From an uncultured SAR86 cluster bacterium (GTDB lineage: Bacteria; Pseudomonadota; Gammaproteobacteria; Magnimaribacterales; AG-339-G14): a stretch of DNA of 64,000 nucleotides. The stretch is taken from assembly GCA_902625415.1 (NCBI GenBank), contig CACOBG010000003.1:79507-143506 (forward strand), in the 5' to 3' direction. Below, piece after piece: positions 1-9,369 of the stretch. Position 1 is the first letter of the stretch. Every line of letters begins with the position of its first letter. A program made the position numbers and the translations under genes. The notes below the pieces were generated by a model. The model was given only the letters and a program-made list of their open reading frames with translations. It had not been told where the DNA came from and ran no database searches.

Positions 1-102
1 CTTTTCAGGCCTGTTCAAGGTAATAGTTAAAATGTAGTTAGAAACATCTATTTTTGTTGCTTGAAAGGTTAGATTTTCTATTGAAAGTTTTTTACTTGTC
101 AT
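1..102 (-). CDS. Enoyl-CoA hydratase/isomerase (crotonase) family protein, 5' fragment running off the window
   Basis: Manual translation from ATG at 102: MTSKKLSIENLTFQATKIDVSNYILTITLNRPEK. ITLNRPEK is the typical crotonase N-terminal motif. Starts 6 nt after the AtuA-family stop. Confidence 0.75.
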   Translation of the reverse strand, partial: MTSKKLSIENLTFQATKIDVSNYILTITLNRPEK

Positions 103-108
103 TTCTTC

Positions 109-1872
109 TTATTTTAGAATAATTTTAGGCACATTAATTTTTTTAGCTCTTAAATATTCCCCTAACGACTTTGCCTGCCCATCCATCCTTGTTGATGAAG
201 AAACTCCATCTTGCAAAATTCCATGAATATAAAAATTTAAAGATAAAATATTAGGTAATTCAAATCTATCAATTTCAAAAGATTTTAAATCTGGGAGCAA
301 TTCTTTCAATTTATCAACAGTTAAAAAATCAAATAGAAATCCATAAGCTTCCGGATTTTTACTCCACACACCAAGATTAGCGCAACCTCCTTTATCTCCA
401 GATCTGGTACCAAAGATATCTCCAAAAAATATTTCCGTATCAGGATTTTCAGTTATTTGCTTTACCTCAGCAGGTTCCTTTTGGTAATAAACTTCTTCAA
501 AGTCCAGCTGGCTAGTTGGAATAACTTCCATGATCTTGCCATCAAAATGCACTTTTTCCTTAATAAATTTACTATTAACCAGAGCTGGCCAATACTCAAT
601 ATAAGGACCACTAGGGACAACTCCACTTCTTCCTGTCCAGCCTGGAAAGTTTGCTAAAGCTAATTCAATTATTTTAGCGCTGAATAATCGCCCAACTAAA
701 TCAGGATTTTGAGACATTACATCAATTCTAAGAAAGGCTTGTGCTTGTTCGTTGCTTTCTGGATTTTCTTTGTCAGTTCTGTGTAACTGTATATCTACCT
801 TATCAAACTGCTCTTTACCGCCAACCGAATCGAAAATAGTTTCAGTAATTAATTTGGCTTTTTCCTCAATATCTAAACCTGTAAGAAGTAACTCAGTACC
901 ATTTCTGAAACCTCCCGCAAGATTAATACAAACTTTATGATCTTTAGGTGGACTACTTCCTCTACAACCAGAAACAAATACCCTATCTTCGGCCTCTTGT
1001 TCAATTTTTAGAGTATCAAAATGAGAAATAACATCTGGATTTACATAAGCAGGAGAACCTATCTCATAAAGAAGCTGTGCTGTGACGGTACCAACAGAGA
1101 CCAATCCTCCGGTATTTGGGTGTTTGGTAATTATAAAGCTGCCATCTTGGTTTATTTCAGCTATTGGATAACCAATATCTTTAAAAGAAGGAACCTCTTT
1201 AAAAAAAGAATAATTTCCGCCAGTGGCTTGAGCACCACATTCGATTATATGCCCAGCTGCAAGGGCTCCGGCAAGCTGATCATAATCATTTCTTGACCAA
1301 TTAAATTTCCATGCTGCAGGACCTATAACTACAGCAGCATCTGTGACTCTTGGGCAAATGACCACATCAGCACCGTTATCTAGAGCCTCTTTAATACCCC
1401 AAGCTCCTAAGTAAGCGTTTGCAGTAAGTGGTTTTTTCTCATAAGAAAAAAGATCATTGTTCTTATCAATATTTTTTAGCTTTTCACCAGACGAACTTAA
1501 TTCATCAAGTCTAGGCATCAAATCGTCACCATCAATATAAGCGACCTTCAAATCAAGATTCAATTCTTTGATTATATTTTCAACTTCAGTTGCCATTGAA
1601 GCAGGATTCAAACCTCCTGCATTAGATACAATTTTAATTTTTTGATCATTGCAGAGTTTTGCTACATCTCTAAACTGTTTCAGAAAGGTTCCTACATATC
1701 CTTGATTTTCTCCCCTTTTCATTTTCTGGTTATATAAAATAGTCATCGTCAATTCAGCAAGATAATCTCCCGTTAAAACATCTATTGGTCCGCCTTCAAC
1801 CATTTTTTTTGCTATGGATAGATTGTCTCCATAAAATCCGCTGCAATTTGCTATCTTTATTACTTCTGACAT
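109..1872 (-). CDS. Acyclic terpene utilization AtuA family protein (with C-terminal domain)
   Basis: IANCSGFYGD, DYLAELTM, GHIIECGAQATGGN, RSGDKGG and DGQAKSLGE motifs. Confidence 0.85.
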   Translation of the reverse strand: MSEVIKIANCSGFYGDNLSIAKKMVEGGPIDVLTGDYLAELTMTILYNQKMKRGENQGYVGTFLKQFRDVAKLCNDQKIKIVSNAGGLNPASMATEVENIIKELNLDLKVAYIDGDDLMPRLDELSSSGEKLKNIDKNNDLFSYEKKPLTANAYLGAWGIKEALDNGADVVICPRVTDAAVVIGPAAWKFNWSRNDYDQLAGALAAGHIIECGAQATGGNYSFFKEVPSFKDIGYPIAEINQDGSFIITKHPNTGGLVSVGTVTAQLLYEIGSPAYVNPDVISHFDTLKIEQEAEDRVFVSGCRGSSPPKDHKVCINLAGGFRNGTELLLTGLDIEEKAKLITETIFDSVGGKEQFDKVDIQLHRTDKENPESNEQAQAFLRIDVMSQNPDLVGRLFSAKIIELALANFPGWTGRSGVVPSGPYIEYWPALVNSKFIKEKVHFDGKIMEVIPTSQLDFEEVYYQKEPAEVKQITENPDTEIFFGDIFGTRSGDKGGCANLGVWSKNPEAYGFLFDFLTVDKLKELLPDLKSFEIDRFELPNILSLNFYIHGILQDGVSSSTRMDGQAKSLGEYLRAKKINVPKIILK

Positions 1873-2751
1873 TTAATTTTTTATAGTTTTTTGATCGGAA
1901 ATTCCCGCTAAGTAAATCCCAATTAAAAGAATAATAGCACCGAAAATCTGCTGTATTAAGAACATTTCTTGAAATAGTAAAAAAGCCAGAAAAGCTGCTG
2001 TGAGCGGCTGGATTAAAAGTATTAATGAAGAAAATTGCACTCTTATTAGAGAAAGTCCATAAATAATTAAGCCTTGTCCTGCTATTTGAATAAATAAGCC
2101 TTGGAACAAAATATTTGACCACCCCAAGACTGTTTCAGGAAAGGCATGACCAATCTCTAAAAGACTTCCCAAATAAAGTGGAATGCATCCAAATAATGCA
2201 GAAAAAAACATTAAATGAAAAGTTTCATAAGTTTCTGAAAACTTTTTAACTGAAATTAAATATCCTGAATAAAAAACCGCAGCGACTAAAGATAATAAAT
2301 CTCCAGTAAAAGTTTGATATTCATTTTGTTCAAATAAGATTAAAAAGACTCCACCAAGACAACAAAAACCAGCAAAATAAAAAAATAAATCTAATTTATC
2401 TTTAAATAAAAAATAAGAAATTATGGCCACATAAATGGGGGCTGTATTAACAAAAAGAGCAGCGTTAGCTACTGATGTCTGATTTATTGACCAATGCCAT
2501 AAAGTAATGTCACTTCCGAAAAATAATCCTGGTATTGCAAGAATCAGCATATCTTTGTACTTGAGATTGATAAATTTATTTTTTGCAATCCCATAAACAA
2601 ACAAAATGAACGTCGCGCAGAGAAATCTATAAAATCCTGTCAAAGAAGGAGTAATTTCACTTGTTCTTACTAAAATTGGAGCAACACCAATAAGCATGGC
2701 TCCAATAGATGTTGATAATATTCCTATTGTTCTTGAATTTAGATTTGTCAT
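1873..2751 (-). CDS. DMT/EamA family membrane transporter
   Basis: About 10 hydrophobic segments in two repeats; TSVANA...TAPI and GDLLSL..A..Y motifs. Confidence 0.85.
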   Translation of the reverse strand: MTNLNSRTIGILSTSIGAMLIGVAPILVRTSEITPSLTGFYRFLCATFILFVYGIAKNKFINLKYKDMLILAIPGLFFGSDITLWHWSINQTSVANAALFVNTAPIYVAIISYFLFKDKLDLFFYFAGFCCLGGVFLILFEQNEYQTFTGDLLSLVAAVFYSGYLISVKKFSETYETFHLMFFSALFGCIPLYLGSLLEIGHAFPETVLGWSNILFQGLFIQIAGQGLIIYGLSLIRVQFSSLILLIQPLTAAFLAFLLFQEMFLIQQIFGAIILLIGIYLAGISDQKTIKN

Positions 2752-2761
2752 TTTTATGGGA

Positions 2762-2775
2762 AGTATAGATATACT
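2762..2775. promoter_or_regulatory. Back-to-back -10 hexamers (AGTATA-GA-TATACT), putative bidirectional promoter
   Basis: TATACT on + at 2770-2775 (6 nt before the xseA ATG) and TATACT on - at 2762-2767 (10 nt before the EamA ATG), in a 30-bp divergent gap. Confidence 0.5.
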
Positions 2776-2781
2776 GTAACA

Positions 2782-4140
2782 ATGTTAAGTAAAGAACAAA
2801 AAAATTCTCCTGAAATTTTTTCTGTCTCTCAACTCAATAAAAACGCTAAGTTTACTCTTGAAAAAAAATTCAATGATGTTTGGGTAAAAGGAGAAATTTC
2901 TGAATTTACCAATTACCGTCAATCTGGACATTGGTACTTCACCTTAAAGGATGAGAATTCATCCATTAGTTGTGTGATGTTTAAATTTAAAAACTCATAT
3001 CTTAAAAATATTCCTGAAATCGGTGACGTGATAGTCCTCAAAGGAAAATTATCCTTATTTGAGGCTCAAGGTAGATATCAATTTATAGCAGAAAGCTTAG
3101 AGTATTCAGGTGAAGGAGATTTGTTAAAGGCTTTTGAAAATTTAAAAAATAAGCTTTTAAAAGAAGGTCTCTTCGATGAATCTTTTAAAAAAGAAATTCC
3201 TGAATTACCGATGCATATTGGTGTAGTAACTTCGCCATCAGGCGCCGTAATTCAAGATATTAGAAACGTATTGGAAAGAAGAGCGCCCTTATCAAAACTT
3301 ATTTTAGCCCCTTCTTTGGTGCAGGGAGACAAAGCAGAGAACGAAATAATAAATGCATTAAACATGCTTCGAGAATTTAATAAAACAGAAAAATTAGATC
3401 TAATAATAGTTGCTAGAGGCGGTGGCTCCCTAGAAGATCTTTGGTGCTTCAATAGCGAAAATATTGCAAGAGAGATTTATGCTCTTGAAATTCCTGTAAT
3501 AAGCGCGGTTGGTCACGAAACAGATTTTACAATTTGCGATTTAGTTTCTGACTTAAGGGCTCCAACTCCTTCAGCAGCAGCTGAAATAGCAAGCCAAGCT
3601 CACTCACAAATTGTTGATAAAATTAAGATTCTAGAAAAATCAATCTCAATATCAATAAAAAATTATCTCGAAACTAAAAATGAAAATTTTAGTGATACAT
3701 CCAATGTTCTAAAGAAGATTAATTTTAATCTAGATCAAAAGATTTTTAAAATTGATGAAAGCTTCAATAAAATTGTTTTTTTACAAAAGGATGGGTTTTC
3801 ATCTAAAAGGTTAAACCTCATAAAAAAAAGAACTTCTTTAAGAGATAGAAATCCACTCATAAAGCTTTCAAATCAAAAAGCAGATTTAAAGAGTAAAAAA
3901 TTAATTTTTAAAAATGTATTTAATAAAGTTCTTTTCAGCAAAAAAAATTCTTTTGATAGTTCTTCATCAAAATTACAAGCTTTTAGTCCTCTATCAGTTT
4001 TATCGAGGGGCTATACTGTTTCCACCAAAGATGGTGAGCTCTTGGATAACACGAAGTTAACTGAGGGAGATGAAATTCTCACTAGAACTGAACGAAATCT
4101 CATTCTTTCAGAAATAACTAAAATAGATGAAATTAAATAA
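2782..4140 (+). CDS. xseA: Exodeoxyribonuclease VII large subunit
   Basis: SVSQLN, SGHWYFTLKD, ARGGGSLEDLW, SAVGHETD, RAPTPSAAAE, SPLSVLSRGY. Confidence 0.96.
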   Translation: MLSKEQKNSPEIFSVSQLNKNAKFTLEKKFNDVWVKGEISEFTNYRQSGHWYFTLKDENSSISCVMFKFKNSYLKNIPEIGDVIVLKGKLSLFEAQGRYQFIAESLEYSGEGDLLKAFENLKNKLLKEGLFDESFKKEIPELPMHIGVVTSPSGAVIQDIRNVLERRAPLSKLILAPSLVQGDKAENEIINALNMLREFNKTEKLDLIIVARGGGSLEDLWCFNSENIAREIYALEIPVISAVGHETDFTICDLVSDLRAPTPSAAAEIASQAHSQIVDKIKILEKSISISIKNYLETKNENFSDTSNVLKKINFNLDQKIFKIDESFNKIVFLQKDGFSSKRLNLIKKRTSLRDRNPLIKLSNQKADLKSKKLIFKNVFNKVLFSKKNSFDSSSSKLQAFSPLSVLSRGYTVSTKDGELLDNTKLTEGDEILTRTERNLILSEITKIDEIK

Positions 4141-4921
4141 TTTTTTAATATTTTTTTTTCTGACTTTTTTATTTAGTTGTTCAAACTTCAAATTAGCTAA
4201 GGTAACTCCTTGTTCATTTCCAAATGAAACACTTGAAAAAGGAGGCCTGCTAAATAGATTTATTAGCAAAGAAAATCTAGACAATTCTTATAAAAAATAT
4301 ATCTGTAAAGACATTGCTGGTCATCGACTTGTATACCCCATTTCTTATTCTTCAAAAATGAAATTTACAATTATGGGAGAGACCATAATTCTTTCTGAAA
4401 AAGAATTCAGAGAATCTAGAATTATAATTAAAGATAATAAGTTCAATCAAATCTCTAATGAAAATCTAACAAGAATTAAGACCGAAAGAGAAATTTATGG
4501 AAGAAAGATATCTGTAAAATCAGTAAAAAAATATCAGGATACTAAGTTCAATTTCCCTGCTAAAGGGATAATTTCCAGTGAGTATGGAGTGAAACGTTTT
4601 ATAAATGGTTCCCCTAGAAATCCCCACTTAGGACTAGATATAGCGGCGGAAACTGGAACGTCAGTAGTCGCTCCAGAAAATGGCAAAGTTATTTTTGTTG
4701 GTGAATTTTTTTATAGAGGCAACCTAATAATCATTGACCATGGTAATGGCATTATCTCTACCTATTCCCATTTAAATGAAACTTTTGTTTCTGAAGGAGA
4801 TAATGTTCTTAAAAATTCTAAAATTGGAACAGTTGGTTCTTCTGGAAGAGTCACAGGGCCTCATCTCCACTTTGAAATTATTTTATTAGGAACAAAAGTA
4901 AATCCAATGCTATTTCTTTAA
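4127..4921 (+). CDS. M23 family metallopeptidase, probable lipoprotein
   Basis: Lipobox-like FLFSC; HLGLD (HxxxD), YSHL and TGPHLHF (HxH). Confidence 0.88.
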   Translation: MKLNNFLIFFFLTFLFSCSNFKLAKVTPCSFPNETLEKGGLLNRFISKENLDNSYKKYICKDIAGHRLVYPISYSSKMKFTIMGETIILSEKEFRESRIIIKDNKFNQISNENLTRIKTEREIYGRKISVKSVKKYQDTKFNFPAKGIISSEYGVKRFINGSPRNPHLGLDIAAETGTSVVAPENGKVIFVGEFFYRGNLIIIDHGNGIISTYSHLNETFVSEGDNVLKNSKIGTVGSSGRVTGPHLHFEIILLGTKVNPMLFL

Positions 4922-5358
4922 AGAGATAACAATTTAATAATTTCTTCTTCTGTTTGCGGTCCAACTAATGTAAGTTCCAATTCTCCTTTTCTATTAACAA
5001 TAAATGTTACAGGAAGGTTCTCTGGTATGACCCAATCATAAATAATAGAAGGGTCCGTTAATAAAGAGTCTACTTGTACATTAAATTTTTCTAACTGTTG
5101 TTTTAATTCCTCTCCTTCCAACATATCAAAGTTAATTAAAAAAACTTTTAAATCATCAGAGAAATTGGACTGAAGATTATTTAATTCAGGAATTTCTTTT
5201 ATACAAGGAGGACACCAATCTGCCCAATAGTTAAAAACTATCCATTTACCTTTTAAATCATCAAGAAAAACTCCTTTTCCTTCAAAAACATTTAGATCCG
5301 GTTTTGAGCAAGAGAGCAGAAGAAAAATTATCAAAAAATTATTAAAAATAGACTTCAT
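4918..5358 (-). CDS. TlpA/ResA-type thioredoxin-like lipoprotein
   Basis: LLLSC lipobox; NYWADWCPPCIKEIP; cis-Pro loop LPVTF. Confidence 0.88.
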   Translation of the reverse strand: MKSIFNNFLIIFLLLSCSKPDLNVFEGKGVFLDDLKGKWIVFNYWADWCPPCIKEIPELNNLQSNFSDDLKVFLINFDMLEGEELKQQLEKFNVQVDSLLTDPSIIYDWVIPENLPVTFIVNRKGELELTLVGPQTEEEIIKLLSL

Positions 5359-5382
5359 AATCTTTATATAATACTTCTTTAA

Positions 5383-7110
5383 ATGAGCTTCTTAAGAAAA
5401 TTTTTCAACTTCGTTGACCTAACAAGAAAAGTTATTTTGAATCTATTCTTCATTTTGGCTTTATTATTCATTGCAATCACTTTTTTGGTTAGCGACTTCA
5501 AGGAAGACCTTAGTGCTGTAATAACTTTTGCCCCAAAAAAAATAAACGAAACAACAAATTCAAATCTTTCTTTTTTTGAGAGGGAAACCTATGAATTGAA
5601 TTTGTTCGAAATAATTTCGGCTATTGAAACGGCGGGTACAGAAGAAGAAGTAAAGATACTATTTATGGATTTAACCTATTTAGACATTTCATTCACAGGT
5701 ATCTTAGAAATTGGTAAAGCCATAGAGAGTTTCAAAAGTCAGGGCAAAAAAGTAATTGCCTATTCTGATTTTTACGACAAGAAAAACTATCTTTTGGCTT
5801 CTTATGCTGATTCTATTTTATTGAATCAGAATGGTTTAGTTCTTTTAGATGGATTTTCTTCACAGAAACCTTTTATTAAACAATTATTGGAAAAACTTAA
5901 TATTGGCGTATCAACTTTTGTTTCTGGAAGATATAAATCAGCATTGGACACTTTTACTCGAGATAATTTATCCGAAGAAGATAGACTCCAAACATCTTCT
6001 TATCTTTCTGAAGTCTGGGATTCTTGGAAAGAAATAATTACAAAAAATAGAAGTAAAGTTTCAGATTTAGAAATAGATAATTACATAAATAATCTCGGAA
6101 AATTAACTGAAAAATTTGATGGTGACACTGCAAAGCTAGCAAAAAGCGAGGGTTTGATTGACACTTTAATTGTAAGAACGAACTTAAATGACTATCTATC
6201 TTCACTTGTTAAGGAAAAAATAATATCTTTTAAAGATAACCTAGCGCTCTTGGACAATGAAAATTCTTCAGATAATAAATTTGCTGTCTTAGTAGCCTCT
6301 GGAGAAATAATCGATGGTGAATATGCAGAAGGAGCGATCTCCAGTGAAAACTTTTCAAAAACTCTCAATAAAATTGATAAAGATAAGTCAATTAAAGGTT
6401 TATTTCTAAGAGTAAATTCTCCAGGAGGAAGTGGTTTTGCTTCAGAAATAATCAGACAAAGATTAGAGCTTCTCAATAAAAAAATTCCAATAGTAATTTC
6501 AATGGGAGATATTGCTGCATCGGGAGGTTATTGGATTTCTATGAATCAAAATACAATAATTGCAAACCCATTTACTCTTACTGGGTCTATTGGTGTCTGG
6601 GCAGCCTTACCTAATTTTAAAGATTCCTTTGAAAATGTTGGAATACTCTTTGATAAGGTTTCTACCAACGAATTAAATTTTTCGTTATTGGAACCTCCTA
6701 ATGACAACTTATCTTCATTTATGCAAAGTTATGTTGATGGTTCTTACAATAAATTTATCAAGCTTGTGTCAAAGAACCGACAGTTAACTATCGATAAAAC
6801 TGAAAAGATTGCTCAAGGAAGAATTTGGTCTGGCAAATCAGCTCTTCAAAATAATCTTGTCGACTCTCTTGGGGTATTTCAAGATGGTATTAAAATTCTT
6901 GAAGAGAAATCAGGAATTTCAGATTTCAAAATAAAATATATATCTACTTCTCCAGGAATTATTGATGATTTATTTGCATCTTTTAATTCTTTTTTGAATT
7001 CAACTTATAGCCTTTTTGGCTTTATAGAATCAATAGATATTCAAAGACTTGTCAGTAAGAAAAAAATTGAAACGAACTTAATTTGTTTAGTTTGTCCTGA
7101 ATTAAGATAA
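5383..7110 (+). CDS. sppA: Signal peptide peptidase SppA (67K type)
   Basis: RVNSPGGS, AASGGYWI, TGSIGV, AQGRIWSG; N-terminal TM; duplicated S49 architecture. Confidence 0.92.
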   Translation: MSFLRKFFNFVDLTRKVILNLFFILALLFIAITFLVSDFKEDLSAVITFAPKKINETTNSNLSFFERETYELNLFEIISAIETAGTEEEVKILFMDLTYLDISFTGILEIGKAIESFKSQGKKVIAYSDFYDKKNYLLASYADSILLNQNGLVLLDGFSSQKPFIKQLLEKLNIGVSTFVSGRYKSALDTFTRDNLSEEDRLQTSSYLSEVWDSWKEIITKNRSKVSDLEIDNYINNLGKLTEKFDGDTAKLAKSEGLIDTLIVRTNLNDYLSSLVKEKIISFKDNLALLDNENSSDNKFAVLVASGEIIDGEYAEGAISSENFSKTLNKIDKDKSIKGLFLRVNSPGGSGFASEIIRQRLELLNKKIPIVISMGDIAASGGYWISMNQNTIIANPFTLTGSIGVWAALPNFKDSFENVGILFDKVSTNELNFSLLEPPNDNLSSFMQSYVDGSYNKFIKLVSKNRQLTIDKTEKIAQGRIWSGKSALQNNLVDSLGVFQDGIKILEEKSGISDFKIKYISTSPGIIDDLFASFNSFLNSTYSLFGFIESIDIQRLVSKKKIETNLICLVCPELR

Positions 7111-7113
7111 TTT

Positions 7114-7773
7114 TTAAATAATTTTCTTTATTAAATTTATTGAAATAGATTTTTTTTCTTGATGGGAGATTTCATCAAGTTTTTCTGCCAAATTTAATAA
7201 ACTATTTAAATCTCGAGAATGATACGTAAATATGTATTGCATTTCTTTGTCATTGATTTCTAAGCCCCTTTGCTGAAGTTCAAAGTTAATTAAGTTCATT
7301 TTTTCTTCATCAGCAGGATTTAAAATCTCAACAGGTAAAACGGTATTCAATCTTGATTCAAGATCTGCCAATTTAATATCTAAATTTTTAATGAAATCAT
7401 TACTTGAAAATAAGATTTTGGTATTTTGGTTTAAACAATAATTAAAGCCATTAAATAGAAAAATCTCTGATTCTTGATTTAAAGTATCGCTTGATAAGTT
7501 TTTTATAAACACCATTGGACATTTAAATACATCCGGGTTGAAAATCTTTTCATTTAGATCGATTATTTCGGGTTGTGTTTTGTAGGAATTTAAAGAAGCA
7601 TGAAATAAATAATTTCTTATTAAATCTTCTTTGATGTTTAGTAATAAAAAATTTTCTTCATTACTAAAAAATAACTCAATTTCAGAGATCATTTTTTTTA
7701 AAAATGAAAAGTTTTTCAACTGATCCAATGATCTCTCTTTGGGCAAGAAAATATCTAAAACTTTTTGAATCAT
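7114..7773 (-). CDS. hda: DnaA regulatory inactivator Hda-like protein (divergent)
   Basis: LADLESRL (box VII arginine finger), C-terminal RDL..L...L..LD...SI.LIK, and position in the DUF2066-hda unit divergent from purM; Walker A not recognisable. Confidence 0.7.
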   Translation of the reverse strand: MIQKVLDIFLPKERSLDQLKNFSFLKKMISEIELFFSNEENFLLLNIKEDLIRNYLFHASLNSYKTQPEIIDLNEKIFNPDVFKCPMVFIKNLSSDTLNQESEIFLFNGFNYCLNQNTKILFSSNDFIKNLDIKLADLESRLNTVLPVEILNPADEEKMNLINFELQQRGLEINDKEMQYIFTYHSRDLNSLLNLAEKLDEISHQEKKSISINLIKKII

Positions 7774-8324
7774 TAAAAGAATATTTGGGAAATTACTTTT
7801 CTACCTGGATAGTTTAAGTATTCAATTACGCTATAAAGAGAAGTTATTAAGAGCGCTACCATCAGAAAATTTAAGAAAGCTATAGGAACAAGACCAAATG
7901 AGACCTCAATAATTATAAATCCGAGGTAAGTCATCAAAACGAAACTATTAAATTTTCCAGAAAAATAAGGTTTTATTTCGTAATTATCAATTAGAAGAGA
8001 AGACAAAATGACTCCAACAATAATAAAGAGATCTCTACTCAGAAGAAACATTGTTAAATAAATATTTATTTCTCCAACTAAAGAAAGAGATATAAGTGTA
8101 GCAATGACAAGGACTTTGTCTGAAATAGGATCAAATATTTTGCCAAATCTACTTTCCCAAAAGTACTTTCTTGCAAGATATCCATCTAAAAAATCAGATA
8201 TTCCTGCCAGAAAAAAGAAAAAAAGGGTAAGTTGATAATTTTCTTCTAAAATACTTATTACTATCGGGTAAACCAAAAAAAAACGAAAAACGGTCAAGAA
8301 ATTAGGTATTGAGGACGCAATCAT
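7773..8324 (-). CDS. CDP-alcohol phosphatidyltransferase (PgsA-like)
   Basis: PNFLT..R and SDFLDGYLAR...G..FDPISDK signature. Confidence 0.9.
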   Translation of the reverse strand: MIASSIPNFLTVFRFFLVYPIVISILEENYQLTLFFFFLAGISDFLDGYLARKYFWESRFGKIFDPISDKVLVIATLISLSLVGEINIYLTMFLLSRDLFIIVGVILSSLLIDNYEIKPYFSGKFNSFVLMTYLGFIIIEVSFGLVPIAFLNFLMVALLITSLYSVIEYLNYPGRKVISQIFF

Positions 8325-9319
8325 TATTTGCTTAAAGCTAGGAAAAGTTTATCTTTTTCTTGGTTTATTAGGATTAAATTTTCAATTTCATCAAAGTAAT
8401 TCAATAGATTTTCTTCTTCTGACAAAAGATTAAAACTATAAGTAACTGAATTATTTCTTAATGACATTAAATTCAGATTATTAATAAATAAAATATTTTT
8501 TAATATATTTTCAAATGATTTGTGATCTGAAAAATTTTTTAAACCTCCAATTTCTAAATAGTAAGGAAGATTGGATTGTGAGCTTGCTTTGAGTCTTTGG
8601 TTACTAAATAAATTATCAATTAAAATGTTTATTCCGACTGCTGGCTTATATTTAGATTCAACATCTAATTTAGAAAATTTCTTCTCAATATCCTCTGGAA
8701 GAAAACACCATTCACTAGAACTTGAAATTTCACAAAAAAACCATCCGTCGGAAGGATAACGATCATTAAAAATTGTTAAGTTCTCTAAATTAGAATTATT
8801 TTCAAAGCTAAATAAACTAATATCTTGAGAGTCTAATATTGGATAAATAATTGTTATGCCCCTCTCATTTGCAACTCTATCAAATTCTTTTTTCACAAAC
8901 TTACATTTCTGATCTAAGGATTTAGCTGCCTGAATAGATGAATAATCTGGCTTACACAGAACCCAAGCAGCAACTTTTGGATTTTTTAAAAACGAAATTC
9001 CAAGATTTAGTTCCAGTAACTTTTCCTGAAGTGCTTTTAAATCAATCGTTACCTCAAGAGCTTCCTCATCATTAAATTCGATAAATTTGTATTCTCTAAC
9101 GAAATTATTAGGATTTATTTTTTTAAAATTTTGTTGATTAAGATTGAAGTCCCTTTGACTTCCTAAAACTTTCAGTATCGATTGGTTCAAAGCTTTTTGA
9201 AGTAATTCAGAAACATCTTCATCATCACCTTGAACAATTGTCGAATAATCCTCGCTGTATAAATTTAAAACAGAAAAAATAAGAGAGATAAAAAAAATAA
9301 CTTTAATAATTTTTAGCAT
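8324..9319 (-). CDS. DUF2066-like exported protein
   Basis: Signal peptide; AL.Q...KV.GS and RGI....P..D..D patterns; divergent from purM as in many gammaproteobacteria. Confidence 0.55.
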   Translation of the reverse strand: MLKIIKVIFFISLIFSVLNLYSEDYSTIVQGDDEDVSELLQKALNQSILKVLGSQRDFNLNQQNFKKINPNNFVREYKFIEFNDEEALEVTIDLKALQEKLLELNLGISFLKNPKVAAWVLCKPDYSSIQAAKSLDQKCKFVKKEFDRVANERGITIIYPILDSQDISLFSFENNSNLENLTIFNDRYPSDGWFFCEISSSSEWCFLPEDIEKKFSKLDVESKYKPAVGINILIDNLFSNQRLKASSQSNLPYYLEIGGLKNFSDHKSFENILKNILFINNLNLMSLRNNSVTYSFNLLSEEENLLNYFDEIENLILINQEKDKLFLALSK

Positions 9320-9369
9320 TAAAAATGATTATAATATGTTTTTTTAATAGAACTTAAATTCAAAGTCCT

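Noticed and set aside
2772-2791. SOS-box-like TACTGTAACAATGTTAAGTA over the xseA start
   Set aside because: The right half has AAG instead of the essential CAG, and the sequence is better explained by the -10 element and start codon
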